Shown one piece after another: positions 43,211-53,333 of a stretch of 64,000 bases of DNA. Each line of letters opens with the position of its first letter. The stretch's first letter is position 1. Position numbers and translations under genes: made by a program. The DNA comes from Chloroflexota bacterium (GTDB lineage: Bacteria > Chloroflexota > Dehalococcoidia > Lucifugimonadales > JADFKI01). The stretch spans positions 1 through 64,000 of the forward strand of contig JAQBUT010000006.1 in assembly GCA_027623195.1 (NCBI GenBank), in the 5' to 3' direction. The notes under the pieces are model-generated. The model was not told the DNA's origin and did not search any database. It saw only the letters and a list, made by a program, of their open reading frames with translations.

Positions 43211-43605
43211 TTTAAAATACTAGCCCTAGTTTACCGGTCGCAACATGCCGGGGTTTCGGAGCCGCCACAGCAACGTGATCCCCGTTTGTCCAAACACATA
43301 TAAACATTTATGCCACCCCTTAAACATCTGCCAATCCCCTCGACCTATCGGCGATTGCATTTAACCCCTTAGGGCACAAGCATCTGTCAGTTGCAAAAAT
43401 CAACTTTCAGCCCCAGATTGTAAGCACCAATAACCTTGTTGCCTTGCCCCTTATTTATGATAACCGGAGCCTGTTAAAACCATAGTAGTTCGTTAAGTTT
43501 CGACGCCTGTAATAAGGTTTAGTTGGCAAATACACACCAGTCAAACCGGATCCTGGTTAGACTTAATTGCCTGTCAAATTTAGGCGGTCTCGGAGGCTTA
43601 CCACA

Positions 43606-44109
43606 TTGGTAAACGAAACGAACAATCGCAACGACAACCTGGCACGAAAATATGACCCACAGGTCACTGAGGTTGACGGCGTTCCGGGTCTTGATGATTC
43701 TACGATGCTCGACAAGTTTCTGTCGAAACTTTGCGACCACATCAAGAGTGAAGGGCTCGTTAGCCTTTACTGGGTTTCCGGGGTACGCACGGAGGAGGTC
43801 GCGAGCAACATTCTCAAGGCCATGGCAGAAGCGACCGGTGAATCCAACTTCGATGGCGACTCCTACGTCATCGTGGCGAAACCTGGAGATGCCGAGTTAC
43901 TCGATACCTTCAACTCCCAGTACAGCATCCGCATCCTACCCATGAACGAGATTTATGCCGACAGCTTTATTGTTGTTAACGAGTCCGCAGTCCTGGACGT
44001 GACCCCTATCGTTGGGGACGAGGGCAACCCGGAATTTAGCGAAGACCCCACGGTCGTCAGTCTTTACACGGGCTTTTTCAATATCCTTAAGAACGGCACT
44101 ACATCTTAG
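43606..44109 (+). CDS. Hypothetical cytoplasmic protein (TTG start after GGAGG)
   Basis: Clean ORF with RBS and its own terminator; acidic alpha/beta-like pattern. Confidence 0.7.
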   Translation: MVNETNNRNDNLARKYDPQVTEVDGVPGLDDSTMLDKFLSKLCDHIKSEGLVSLYWVSGVRTEEVASNILKAMAEATGESNFDGDSYVIVAKPGDAELLDTFNSQYSIRILPMNEIYADSFIVVNESAVLDVTPIVGDEGNPEFSEDPTVVSLYTGFFNILKNGTTS

Positions 44110-44141
44110 ATTCCTACCTCAATTTAATTATCGACTGCAAC

Positions 44142-44184
44142 ATAGAGGGCGACCCGCCGCGTTGGGGTCGCCCTCTATTTTTTT
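44142..44184 (+). terminator. Intrinsic terminator built on a GGGCGACC REP-like palindrome
   Basis: atagagggcgaccc...gggtcgccctctat plus T-run. Confidence 0.85.
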
Positions 44185-44248
44185 GTGGCTCCATTTAACA
44201 CACCACGTAAAACGGATCCCTGCTGCGCCCTTCCTATTTAACTCCCCA

Positions 44249-44275
44249 GCAACCTTTTCCCAGAAAGCTCGTTAT
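44249..44275 (+). promoter_or_regulatory. Candidate ECF sigma promoter
   Basis: GCAAC-16nt-CGTTAT; a second GATC-17nt-CGTA motif lies near 44361-44388. Confidence 0.4.
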
Positions 44276-44440
44276 ATCTATAAGCGAAGGCTCACATTTT
44301 GTGCCTTTACGACAACCCCACCATTAATACTCTGGCGTCTGAATTTCGGTGCTTAGTGAAAGATCTAACCCCTATGCAGCCACGTATATTAAACAGCGGG
44401 GAATCCGGGAAGCCGTTTCCGGGTCCGGAGGCTGTGTGCC

Positions 44441-45034
44441 ATGGAGCATGAAGAAGCAGACGACGCACAACTGATTTCCCTAATAATGGAACAGTCACGG
44501 CCAGCGCTGGAAACCCTGTACCAGCGTTACTCCAATACGGTGTACTCCCTTGCGATGCATATGCTCCGGGATGCCGGCAAAGCAGAAGAGGTAACGCAGG
44601 ACGCATTTTTCAACGTCTGGCGAAGAGCAGGAAGCTATAGCACTAGCCGGGGAAGTGTGACAGCCTGGCTGTTCAGCATTGCGCATAATAGGACAATCGA
44701 CGAACTAAGGAAGAGGCGCCGGGATCAGACCCACGTTCGGCACGGCGTGGACCTTAGCAATAAGGCTGAGGAAGATAACAGCGGCGGGGACCCGATGCGC
44801 TACGCCACGCTTCAGTTCGACAAAAGCCAATTAAAGGACGCGCTTTTTACATTGAGGCCCGAGCAGAGAGAGATAGTTATATTGGCCTATTTTGGCGGTC
44901 TTACGCACTCAGAGATATCCCAGCAACTAGGCCAGCCCCTGGGCACAGTGAAGACACGTATGCGCCTTGCCCTCAAGAAACTAAGGTCCGTTTTGGGACC
45001 TCAATACCTGGAGCAAGCTGACATTGGAATGTGA
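44441..45034 (+). CDS. ECF sigma factor, SigK-like
   Basis: 'AEEVTQDAF..VW', 'AWLFSIAHNRTID', 'LAYFGGLTHSEI...LGTVKTRMR'. Confidence 0.93.
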   Translation: MEHEEADDAQLISLIMEQSRPALETLYQRYSNTVYSLAMHMLRDAGKAEEVTQDAFFNVWRRAGSYSTSRGSVTAWLFSIAHNRTIDELRKRRRDQTHVRHGVDLSNKAEEDNSGGDPMRYATLQFDKSQLKDALFTLRPEQREIVILAYFGGLTHSEISQQLGQPLGTVKTRMRLALKKLRSVLGPQYLEQADIGM

Positions 45035-45905
45035 ACGGGCGGATTCACTTCTACATCACTATTTTCTTGGCTCACTAAATGCCGATTTGGGCAAAAGCTT
45101 GGAGCGACATCTCGACGCCTGCGCCGATTGCGGCGAAAGGCTGAGTGCCTACGGCGAAACTGTTGCTCACCTGGCTCGTTCCGTACCTCAACATGAAGCT
45201 CGGGAGCGGATTCGACAGGCCCTGTTTAGCCGAATAGAGGGTGAAAACCGCGATCCGCAAGCAATCCTGTATTCCCAAATCTGGCGATTCGCAACTCTTT
45301 GGACGATGATAAAGACGACGTCCATTTCGCGGAACAGGGTAGGGGCAGCAAGCTTATTAGTAGGGATATTCTTACTGTTGGGTGTCTGGGTGAATCATAC
45401 CCAGGCTGGGGTTCCGCCTGGCGCTGAGATCGAGTCTCCACAGCAAGCGAGCCTTTCAGGCAGGGACAGCCGCTCAGAAGGCCGTCTGCTCGAGACCAGG
45501 GAAACGGCAACAGCAACTGCGGAACTGGTTAATGCCCAGAAGCCCTCGGTTTATGACAGCCTTGGCGTCACGCCAGCTTCCGGAATTTCGGTAAGCATGC
45601 TCACAGGGCCAGTAGTCGGGGGAACAGGGCCGAGAGGCGTGTTAATAGCGTCCGAGGGCAAAGCCATGCTCATGGCCTTGGACCTGCCCCCTCTTCCCAG
45701 CTACCAGGTCTACCAGATATGGCTGGTCCAGTCCGGCGGTGTAGTAGACGCAGGTCTCCTATCAGTGGATGCCACAGGTTATGGCCAGACGATCATCATT
45801 CCATACCTTTCGTTGGCGGAGTACGACGGCATTGGTATTACCATTGAGCCAGCAAGCGGGAGCCCAGACCCCACGGGCGTAAGCGTCCTCCAAGGTGACC
45901 TCTAA
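45024..45905 (+). CDS. Anti-sigma factor with zf-HC2 (ZAS) and RskA domains
   Basis: HLDACADC, one TM, 'LPPLP..QVYQIWL', 'GITIEP.SGS..PT'; overlaps the sigma gene. Confidence 0.88.
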   Translation: MECERADSLLHHYFLGSLNADLGKSLERHLDACADCGERLSAYGETVAHLARSVPQHEARERIRQALFSRIEGENRDPQAILYSQIWRFATLWTMIKTTSISRNRVGAASLLVGIFLLLGVWVNHTQAGVPPGAEIESPQQASLSGRDSRSEGRLLETRETATATAELVNAQKPSVYDSLGVTPASGISVSMLTGPVVGGTGPRGVLIASEGKAMLMALDLPPLPSYQVYQIWLVQSGGVVDAGLLSVDATGYGQTIIIPYLSLAEYDGIGITIEPASGSPDPTGVSVLQGDL

Positions 45906-46161
45906 CAACATGAATTGGTCACTTCCAAGAAATCAATGTAGCACTTTAATAATTTTGGTTTATCTACCACTATGCGGATCAATAGATAGACATACCAACG
46001 GGATGAACCGAACGACGGCGCGCATATTAGCGGCCACTCAAAATTCAATATTTTTGTGGTAAATTAGGTTCGTAAGGTCTATTCTGCATACACAGCGTGT
46101 GGTAGTGTTATTTGGGTACGCGGTCTACAGCTTTTTCAGCCAAGGAGGGAAGACACGTAGC

Positions 46162-47229
46162 ATGTCTAAATTACTCATCATCTTCGGACTTGTTCTATTA
46201 ATGACGGTCCCGGTTTCTCTGGCCCAGGCCCAGGTGCCTGCGCCAACATCGGCTGGTGCTCAGTACGAAGGCTCCGGTACAGCCGTCGTATCTGACAGCT
46301 CTGGCCTTAGCGACAAGATCACCTTTTCCATGACAGGGGTGACACGACCCGGACCGGATCAGACCTATGAGGGCTGGCTCGTCAACTCCACCACTGGTGA
46401 CATTCAAAGCACCGGTGTCATGAAAGTTGATGGCAGTAACAAAATCAGCCACAGTTGGGTTTCTCCTGACGGCGATAACCTTATTGAAATGTACAATTCG
46501 GTGGTTATCAGCGTTGAGCCCGTACCGGACTCATCTCCTGATTCGCCTTCGAGCATCAAGCCTTTCTCGGGCTCAGTTTCATCCGTGGCCATGACGCATA
46601 TTCGTCACCTACTGGTGAGCTGGCCGGAAGGATCAGATGCCGGCATTCTGACGAACCTAAACGGTCAAATAGACGTGGCAATACAGCACGTGAATCTGGC
46701 TCGCGGTTCCAGCACTATTGAAGGTGTTCTTACGCACACGCAGCACGTCATTAACGTAGTCGACGGTAGCGGCGGACCGAGCGATGGCATAGGTATCGTT
46801 GCCCATGCTAAGGACCGCTCCCACGCCGGACTGGCTGGTGCCTCCGTGGCTACAGAAGCCGCTAAGGTAGAAGCCGCTGGCGCCAACGCAGAAGCTTGGG
46901 CGCTAGAGGCCAAAGAGGCCGCTGAGAATGTTCTGGATCAGAGCAGCGTCACCATAGCCAAGGCGTTGCTTAACACGGTTGCCGGTCGACTGGATGCGGC
47001 AAGGAATGGCATCTCTGCGACAGGGCGGGGCGGCGGCGAACAGGCGTACGTGAGTGCCCAGATGATGGCGACTTACAGCCTTTCGTCCGGTGATATTGGA
47101 ACGCCTGCCACGGGTGACACCAGTATCCCCATGCTAGCTCAGATGCTCCTAGCGGGATCGCTCTCTCTGTTGGTAGCAGGTAGCTTCCTGTTCTACCGCA
47201 GCCGAAGGGTTAGCAGAGTAAGGGCTTAG
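46162..47229 (+). CDS. Secreted surface protein with an RskA-like domain and a PxTG-type C-terminal sorting signal
   Basis: Signal peptide ending AQA; 'YEGWLVN...ISVEP.PD..P..PS'; TPATGD + TM + basic tail. Confidence 0.78.
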   Translation: MSKLLIIFGLVLLMTVPVSLAQAQVPAPTSAGAQYEGSGTAVVSDSSGLSDKITFSMTGVTRPGPDQTYEGWLVNSTTGDIQSTGVMKVDGSNKISHSWVSPDGDNLIEMYNSVVISVEPVPDSSPDSPSSIKPFSGSVSSVAMTHIRHLLVSWPEGSDAGILTNLNGQIDVAIQHVNLARGSSTIEGVLTHTQHVINVVDGSGGPSDGIGIVAHAKDRSHAGLAGASVATEAAKVEAAGANAEAWALEAKEAAENVLDQSSVTIAKALLNTVAGRLDAARNGISATGRGGGEQAYVSAQMMATYSLSSGDIGTPATGDTSIPMLAQMLLAGSLSLLVAGSFLFYRSRRVSRVRA

Positions 47230-47256
47230 TCCTTTAGCAAGTAAGCCTGATTTACT

Positions 47257-47301
47257 TAGGAGACCCCATTTCATTAGTGAGATGGGGTCTCTTACTTTTT
47301 T
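47257..47301 (+). terminator. Intrinsic terminator
   Basis: taggagaccccatttca-ttag-tgagatggggtctctta plus T-run. Confidence 0.85.
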
Positions 47302-47353
47302 GCGGTTTCGCGTTGTAGCATTGACGAAATCAAAGAGCCCAAAGGCCAACCCG

Positions 47354-48088
47354 ATGATTGCAAATATTTACGGTCTTAAATACGTAGTCCTCATGGCTAT
47401 CCTGCTGTCCATAAGCCTCTCCTGCAGCGGCCCGACCGGGGCAGGCCTATCAGACACAATAACCAAAGATGTCCTCACTCCCACCCCTACTCCGATCAAT
47501 CCCCAGGCCGTGTTGGACCAGTCCGGTACGGCCATGGCCAGCCTGGAGTCATTCCACTTCGATTTGCAACACAGCACCGGCGGAACACCCTTAGCAGCGA
47601 ACCTTTTATTGATCTCGGCTGAAGGCTACGTGGAAAAGCCGGACAGGCTGGCGGTAGAATTCACAGGCTCCGTTGGGAGATTCGCCATGCGTGGCAGTCT
47701 GATCACTATTGGCGACCGGACCTTCATGACCAATCCCTTGAACGACGAATGGCAAGTATTGCAGGACCAGGTAAGCCCCCTGGCGTACTTCGATCCTGCA
47801 AAGGGGATTTCCAGCATGATGTCGCAGGTAACTGCCCCTACTCTTTTGGCAATTCACAGCAAAGAGGTCCACATTGGCGGGCGCCTTCCCGCCACGGCTC
47901 TATCACCTCTGTTCGGCCCAACTGCAGACGGTTCTATTGATGTGGAGATGACCATAGACCTAAGCGAGTCTTACCTAACGAAAATCATGCTCGATGGACC
48001 AGTCACAGAAACCGAGATGGCCGGCGTCGTACGCACTATTGTGCTAGACCAGTTCAACGAGCCTACGTCGATAGAGCCCCCGCAATAA
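47354..48088 (+). CDS. LppX/LprAFG family lipoprotein
   Basis: Lipobox-like SLSC; 'L.SFHFDL', 'AEG....PD', 'FDP.KG...M', 'FNEP..IEPP'. Confidence 0.8.
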   Translation: MIANIYGLKYVVLMAILLSISLSCSGPTGAGLSDTITKDVLTPTPTPINPQAVLDQSGTAMASLESFHFDLQHSTGGTPLAANLLLISAEGYVEKPDRLAVEFTGSVGRFAMRGSLITIGDRTFMTNPLNDEWQVLQDQVSPLAYFDPAKGISSMMSQVTAPTLLAIHSKEVHIGGRLPATALSPLFGPTADGSIDVEMTIDLSESYLTKIMLDGPVTETEMAGVVRTIVLDQFNEPTSIEPPQ

Positions 48089-48176
48089 ATCCTCGTTCGT
48101 CAGTTCACTCGAGGCCTGCAAAAGCCAGCCTAAAAAGACGGGAATCACGCCACCCACCTAATTCAGACAGGCACCC

Positions 48177-49670
48177 ATGTGTGCTTATATATATGGCGTG
48201 AAGCTAAACAGATCCAAAATCTCCCCATACCTGGCGCTTACCGCCGTGTTCGCTGGCGTGTTCATCGCGGCAGACGACCAGACCGTTGTTGTAACGGTGC
48301 TGCCTCAAGTGATGCTGGATATGGGCGTCCAGGTGAACGAGCTAAACAGGGCTTCATGGACCATTACCGGCTACCTACTGGGCTATTTGGTAGCCATGCC
48401 CTTTATCGGCAGAGCCTCGGACGTTTGGGGGCACCGACGAGTCTTCTTGCTATCCATGACCATGTTCATGATCGGCTCAGCCGCAGTCGCCCTCACCTCG
48501 TCGCTTAACTGGCTGATCGCGGCCAGGGTTTTCCAGGCGCTTGGAGCCGGAGCGCTGGTCCCGGTATCCATTGCCATGGTGGGAGACCTTTTCCCCGCCC
48601 AAAAACGCGGCGTGCCCCTGGGGATTATGGGCGCATCAGCGGAGGCGGGCGGCGTGATAGGCCCTCTCTGGGGTGGCATTATCATCAAATATCTAAGCTG
48701 GCAGTGGGTTTTTTGGATTAATTTGCCCTTGGGCGCAGCCGTCATAGCGTTAACGTTCCTTCTCATCGAACCAAGTCCGCGAACACGCTCCCGCGTAGAC
48801 TACATTGGCGGGGGCCTGATTACCGCCAGCCTGGCAACCCTAACCCTCGGGTTGGCCCGAATAGATGAGGCAGATTGGCTGATGGCGATCTACATGGCTG
48901 CATCCTTCGGCCTATTTTGGCTGTTCGTCTTGAGGCAAAGGTCCACACCAGAGCCTCTACTGCCAAGTGCCATGTTCAAGACCTGGGCCTTTCGCGCCTC
49001 GAATGCCGTCCATATTCTTGTAGGTGCGGCCCTAATCATAGGCATGGTGACTATCCCCCTGATGGCAAACACTGTGATGGGCCTGACGCCTCTGGACGGC
49101 GGCCTACAGCTCATACGCCTAACCGCCGCAATTCCAGTCGGCGCTGTGCTTGGGGGCATTGCCGCGCAACGAATGGATTACAGGATACCGACCGTCATCG
49201 GCCTGGCCCTGGCGGCCATTGGCTTCTGGCTCATGAGTGGATGGGACCTGACTATATCGGACCCTGCTCTGACCATTCATCTCGCGACCGCGGGGCTGGG
49301 ATTCGGGCTTGTCATCGCGCCCATCGCTCTGGCAGCCACCAACTCGGTCCACCAGGATAATAGAGGCACGGCGGCATCACTAATCACGGCCACGAGGATC
49401 ACCGGCATGACGCTGGGCCTTGCCGCCTTGACAGCTTGGGGCACAGGTCACTTTGGCCACCTGGTCTCGGGCCTTCAGGTGCCATTCCAGTTGTCAGGGG
49501 AGTCCACAACGGCCTATCAGCAACGCCTAGAGGAGTTCCAGCGCCATGTCACAGACGCTGGCCTCACGATATTTAATGAGTTCTTTCTGGTGGCGTCGGC
49601 GCTATGCGCGTTGGCCATAGTCGCCGCTCTGTTCATGAAGTGGGACAGAAATCGAACGCCTGAGACATAA
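48177..49670 (+). CDS. DHA2-type MFS transporter, P55/Rv1410c-like
   Basis: 'A.D.TVVVT.L..VM.D.G.....L.RA.W.ITGYLLGY..AMP..GRASD.WG'. Confidence 0.88.
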   Translation: MCAYIYGVKLNRSKISPYLALTAVFAGVFIAADDQTVVVTVLPQVMLDMGVQVNELNRASWTITGYLLGYLVAMPFIGRASDVWGHRRVFLLSMTMFMIGSAAVALTSSLNWLIAARVFQALGAGALVPVSIAMVGDLFPAQKRGVPLGIMGASAEAGGVIGPLWGGIIIKYLSWQWVFWINLPLGAAVIALTFLLIEPSPRTRSRVDYIGGGLITASLATLTLGLARIDEADWLMAIYMAASFGLFWLFVLRQRSTPEPLLPSAMFKTWAFRASNAVHILVGAALIIGMVTIPLMANTVMGLTPLDGGLQLIRLTAAIPVGAVLGGIAAQRMDYRIPTVIGLALAAIGFWLMSGWDLTISDPALTIHLATAGLGFGLVIAPIALAATNSVHQDNRGTAASLITATRITGMTLGLAALTAWGTGHFGHLVSGLQVPFQLSGESTTAYQQRLEEFQRHVTDAGLTIFNEFFLVASALCALAIVAALFMKWDRNRTPET

Positions 49671-49812
49671 TTTGCGGTCAGTGCCACCACAGAATCGCCC
49701 ACCAAACTCACGCATCTAAAGGGTGGTCGGCCAACGGTGGCAATAACGTGACCGACTATGCCGACCCCATAGCCATATAGCCAAAAGAGTTCACCATGCG
49801 GGAAGGAAGCAT

Positions 49813-50502
49813 ATGCCCAGAAACGAGCGAACCAGACGAAAGCGAAGGACACGAAGTGGTGGAGATGGACAAGAGCCTTCAAATACGGAGCCTTCAAGTT
49901 CGGGAATGGCAAGCCCTTCGCCCAAACGCTCATCCAGCCGCAAAAGGGGTGGGCAACAAGGCAGCTACCGGCCACCCATGATCATAGGTTCGGCGGTCAT
50001 AGTCGCCATCATCGTTGGGGTTTTGACATTTCAGATTTTGACGGGCTCTGGCGCATCTGCCGATTTCGAGTTCAGCGTCTACCAGGGTGAAGAGATCCTG
50101 GGAGGCGATCCAATCAACTTCAGCGAAATCCTGGACGACGGCAAGCCAGTGGTTTTGAACTTCTGGGCGGGAAATTGCCCACCGTGCAGGGCGGAGATGC
50201 CTGCATTACAAAAGGTGTGGGACGCCCATCAGGACGATATCATCTTCGTTGGGCTGGACGTAGGCACCTTTACCGGCCTAGGCACCAAGCAAAGCGCCAT
50301 CGCTCTGCTTGACGAGCTAAATGTGACCTACCCTGCGGGCGGTCCGCCCAACAGGACGCCTCTGGTGAACTACTCGGTTCGAAGCATGCCGACGACCGTT
50401 TTCTTCGGAGCAGACGGCCAGCCTTTTGATCGATGGGACGGCGCCATCAGCGAATTCCAAATGAACAACATTATTAGCGCCATGCTGGAGGAGGCTTCAT
50501 AG
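49813..50502 (+). CDS. Membrane-anchored TlpA/ResA-like thioredoxin
   Basis: 'VVLNFWAGNCPPCRAEMP', 'PTTVF'. Confidence 0.9.
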   Translation: MPRNERTRRKRRTRSGGDGQEPSNTEPSSSGMASPSPKRSSSRKRGGQQGSYRPPMIIGSAVIVAIIVGVLTFQILTGSGASADFEFSVYQGEEILGGDPINFSEILDDGKPVVLNFWAGNCPPCRAEMPALQKVWDAHQDDIIFVGLDVGTFTGLGTKQSAIALLDELNVTYPAGGPPNRTPLVNYSVRSMPTTVFFGADGQPFDRWDGAISEFQMNNIISAMLEEAS

Positions 50503-50738
50503 CCGTTTGAATACGGCATAGTATTAACCGGCTCCCGCCTATAGATTTCGTACAGAACGAATAACAATATAAAGATGAGATTATACAATAGTCGTTTTCA
50601 TCGCTTTTTATCTATATAGCAACGGATTCCTACTGATAATCTGACCGTTCATTCAGGAACCCGCATTGTCTGCGCTATCCATAGTATAATTTGCGTCACT
50701 TTCCAATTTTCAGGCATTCAGCCAAGAGGAGGAGTCTT

Positions 50739-51581
50739 ATGGCAGAGTACGCACATCCCGAGTCTTTGGTAAGCACCGAGTGGGTCGCCGAACACGGCAG
50801 CGACGCCAACGTTAGGTTGGTGGAAGTGGACGTGGACACCTCCGCCTACGACCAGGGCCATATAGCCGGTGCAGTATCCTGGAACTGGTCAACCCAGCTT
50901 CAGGAGACCCTGGCTCGCGACATCGTATCCAAGTCCGGCATGGAGGAGTTGTTGGGCAAGACAGGAATCGATAACAACACCACAGTTATCCTGTACGGCG
51001 ACAACAACAACTGGTTCGCGGCATGGGCTTTCTGGCAAATGCAGGTGTACGGCGACAAGAACGTCAAGCTTATGAATGGCGGCCGTGCCAAGTGGGAGGC
51101 GGAGGGTCGTCCCCTAACAACGGACGCGCCCAGCATTTCAGACAAGAGCTACACGGCCTCCGAAGCAGACAACAGCATTCGCGCATTCCGCGAAGATGTT
51201 CTTACGGCCGTTAGCGCAGGCAACAGCGCCTTGGTGGATGTTCGGGCCCCCGCCGAGTACAGCGGAGAGTTGCTAGCGCCTGCAAACCTTCCTCAAGAGG
51301 GTTCGCAACGCGGCGGCCACATCCCCGGCGCGGCCAACGTGCCCTGGGGAACCGCCGTGGCGGCAGACGGCACCTTCAAGTCGGCTGACGAGCTACAAGA
51401 GATTTACGGCGGCAAGGGCCTGGACGGAAGCAAGCCAACCATAGCCTACTGCCGTATCGGCGAGCGCTCATCCCACACCTGGTTCGTGCTAACGCAGCTA
51501 CTGGGCCAGAGCAACGTGCGCAATTACGATGGATCGTGGACGGAGTACGGTAGTATCGTTCGTGCCCCGATTGAACGTTAA
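50739..51581 (+). CDS. Tandem-domain thiosulfate sulfurtransferase (rhodanese)
   Basis: 'LVEVDVDT..Y..GHI.GA', 'YGDNNNWFAA', 'YCRIGERSS', 'YDGSWTE.G'. Confidence 0.95.
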   Translation: MAEYAHPESLVSTEWVAEHGSDANVRLVEVDVDTSAYDQGHIAGAVSWNWSTQLQETLARDIVSKSGMEELLGKTGIDNNTTVILYGDNNNWFAAWAFWQMQVYGDKNVKLMNGGRAKWEAEGRPLTTDAPSISDKSYTASEADNSIRAFREDVLTAVSAGNSALVDVRAPAEYSGELLAPANLPQEGSQRGGHIPGAANVPWGTAVAADGTFKSADELQEIYGGKGLDGSKPTIAYCRIGERSSHTWFVLTQLLGQSNVRNYDGSWTEYGSIVRAPIER

Positions 51582-51606
51582 GCAGACCACCCAATTATGA
51601 AGTCAC

Positions 51607-51636
51607 AAGGGCGACCCGCCATTGCGGGTCGCCCTT
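51607..51636. repeat. GGGCGACC REP-like palindrome
   Basis: aagggcgacccgc-catt-gcgggtcgccctt. Confidence 0.7.
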
Positions 51637-51704
51637 AAAGTTTGCGGGAAATCACCCAGGCAATTTTCACGGCGTTCGCGGAACGCCAAGGAGCGGCATT
51701 ACAT

Positions 51705-52817
51705 ATGACCCAGGAAGAGTTGAAGGCCCTTATCCGCACGGTGGGCGACGGCACCGGTCTATCGAACGATGAACTGATATACCCGGAGGAGCTTGCGCTT
51801 GCCTTCCGCAATCGGGGACTGCCATTGGAGGGCATCCGTTATCCAATAACACCCACGGGTATGCACTACCTGCTGACGCACTTCGACATTCCGGACGTGG
51901 ATGTGACCACCTGGAAACTAAAGCTGCACGGCCTGGTCTCCAACCAGATATCTTTAAGTCTGGAAAACTTGAGGAACCTTCCCAGTGTAAGCCAGCCCGT
52001 TACCATGGAGTGCGCAGGCAACGGACGAGCGCGCCTCACTCCCCGTCCCATCAGCCAGCCCTGGCTACTGGAAGCCATTGGCACCGCAGAGTGGGGAGGC
52101 ACTCCGCTGAGAGGCGTACTGGAGCAGGCGGGTGTTAGCGCCACCGCTACGGAAATCCTGTTCACGGGCCGCGACGAGGGCCTGCAGGGCGGCGAGGTGC
52201 AACTCTACCAGCGCAGCCTGACGGTCGAGGAGGCCATGCGCGATGAGGTGCTGCTGGCCTACGAAATGAATGGAGCGCCCCTGGAACCTCAACACGGATA
52301 CCCGTTGCGTCTGATCGTGCCTAGCTGGTACGGCATGACCAGCGTGAAGTGGCTGGACAGCATCGAGGCCATCCCCGAGCATTTCGATGGCTACCAGATG
52401 GACCAGACGTACCGCTACACGGTCTCCCGCGACAAACCTGGGGAACCAGTCACCACCATGCGAGTGCGTTCGCTCATGGTGCCGCCGGGCATCCCCGAGT
52501 TCCTGACACGCACCCGCCTTGCCTATGCCGGCGAGATTACCGTGACGGGAAGGGCATGGGCAGGCCGACAACGTGTCACCAAGGTAGAGTTCAGCGACGA
52601 CGACGGCATGAACTGGATTGAAGCCGACCTAGGAGAACAGGTGGGGCAGTACGCATGGACGGGATGGTCCTACCAGTGGCATGCTACGCTGGGGCGTCAC
52701 TTCCTGCGGGTTCGCGCCACCGACTCCGAAGGCAACACGCAGCCCTCGGACCAGCCGTGGACGCTGCAGGGCATGGGCAACAACATGACTCAACGCGTAG
52801 AGGTAATCGTCAGGTAG
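51705..52817 (+). CDS. Sulfite oxidase family molybdoenzyme
   Basis: 'ECAGNGR', 'YEMNG.PL.P.HGYPLRLIVP.WYG..SVKWL', dimerisation domain 'RATD..GN.QP'. Confidence 0.93.
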   Translation: MTQEELKALIRTVGDGTGLSNDELIYPEELALAFRNRGLPLEGIRYPITPTGMHYLLTHFDIPDVDVTTWKLKLHGLVSNQISLSLENLRNLPSVSQPVTMECAGNGRARLTPRPISQPWLLEAIGTAEWGGTPLRGVLEQAGVSATATEILFTGRDEGLQGGEVQLYQRSLTVEEAMRDEVLLAYEMNGAPLEPQHGYPLRLIVPSWYGMTSVKWLDSIEAIPEHFDGYQMDQTYRYTVSRDKPGEPVTTMRVRSLMVPPGIPEFLTRTRLAYAGEITVTGRAWAGRQRVTKVEFSDDDGMNWIEADLGEQVGQYAWTGWSYQWHATLGRHFLRVRATDSEGNTQPSDQPWTLQGMGNNMTQRVEVIVR

Positions 52818-53002
52818 CCCATAACCAGGCCGAATAGGGGCGGGAGTTCGCGAGCCTGGGGGCGTTTCCATATTACGGTCCTTTGGCTGGCCGTTGTTCA
52901 CCCTCTGCGAAAAAAGGTAACCAGCGGCAAATCGCAAATAAATCCAGGAAGGGCCATCTGCATCTCAATGGCAACATGATGAAATTTATTGGGAGGGTAC
53001 GG

Positions 53003-53212
53003 ATGGCTGAGCAAATGACCCAAAAGCCAATTTTTCGCAGAGGATGGCTGGTGTCGCTCATATGGGCGACGGTGGTTGTGGGCGTATCAATCATACTGAG
53101 CGCAACTGTAAACCCGCTGTTCGAACGATACGTCCACTGGGACTGGATGGCCTTCATTGCGCCGGTGTCCTTCGTGCTTCTAACGCTGGCCTTCCGACGA
53201 CGCTGGGTGTGA
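53003..53212 (+). CDS. Small two-TM hypothetical membrane protein
   Basis: GGGAGG RBS; two hydrophobic helices. Confidence 0.6.
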   Translation: MAEQMTQKPIFRRGWLVSLIWATVVVGVSIILSATVNPLFERYVHWDWMAFIAPVSFVLLTLAFRRRWV

Positions 53213-53333
53213 TTTCTTGATCGCTGTGCAGGCCGGTTTTGGCCCATCCTTTCACCCGCTCAGGATGAACGGAGAATTACCCGGACTTCAGGGCGCCTGC
53301 CAAACGATCATCTTGAGGTAGGAAGAAAAAAAT

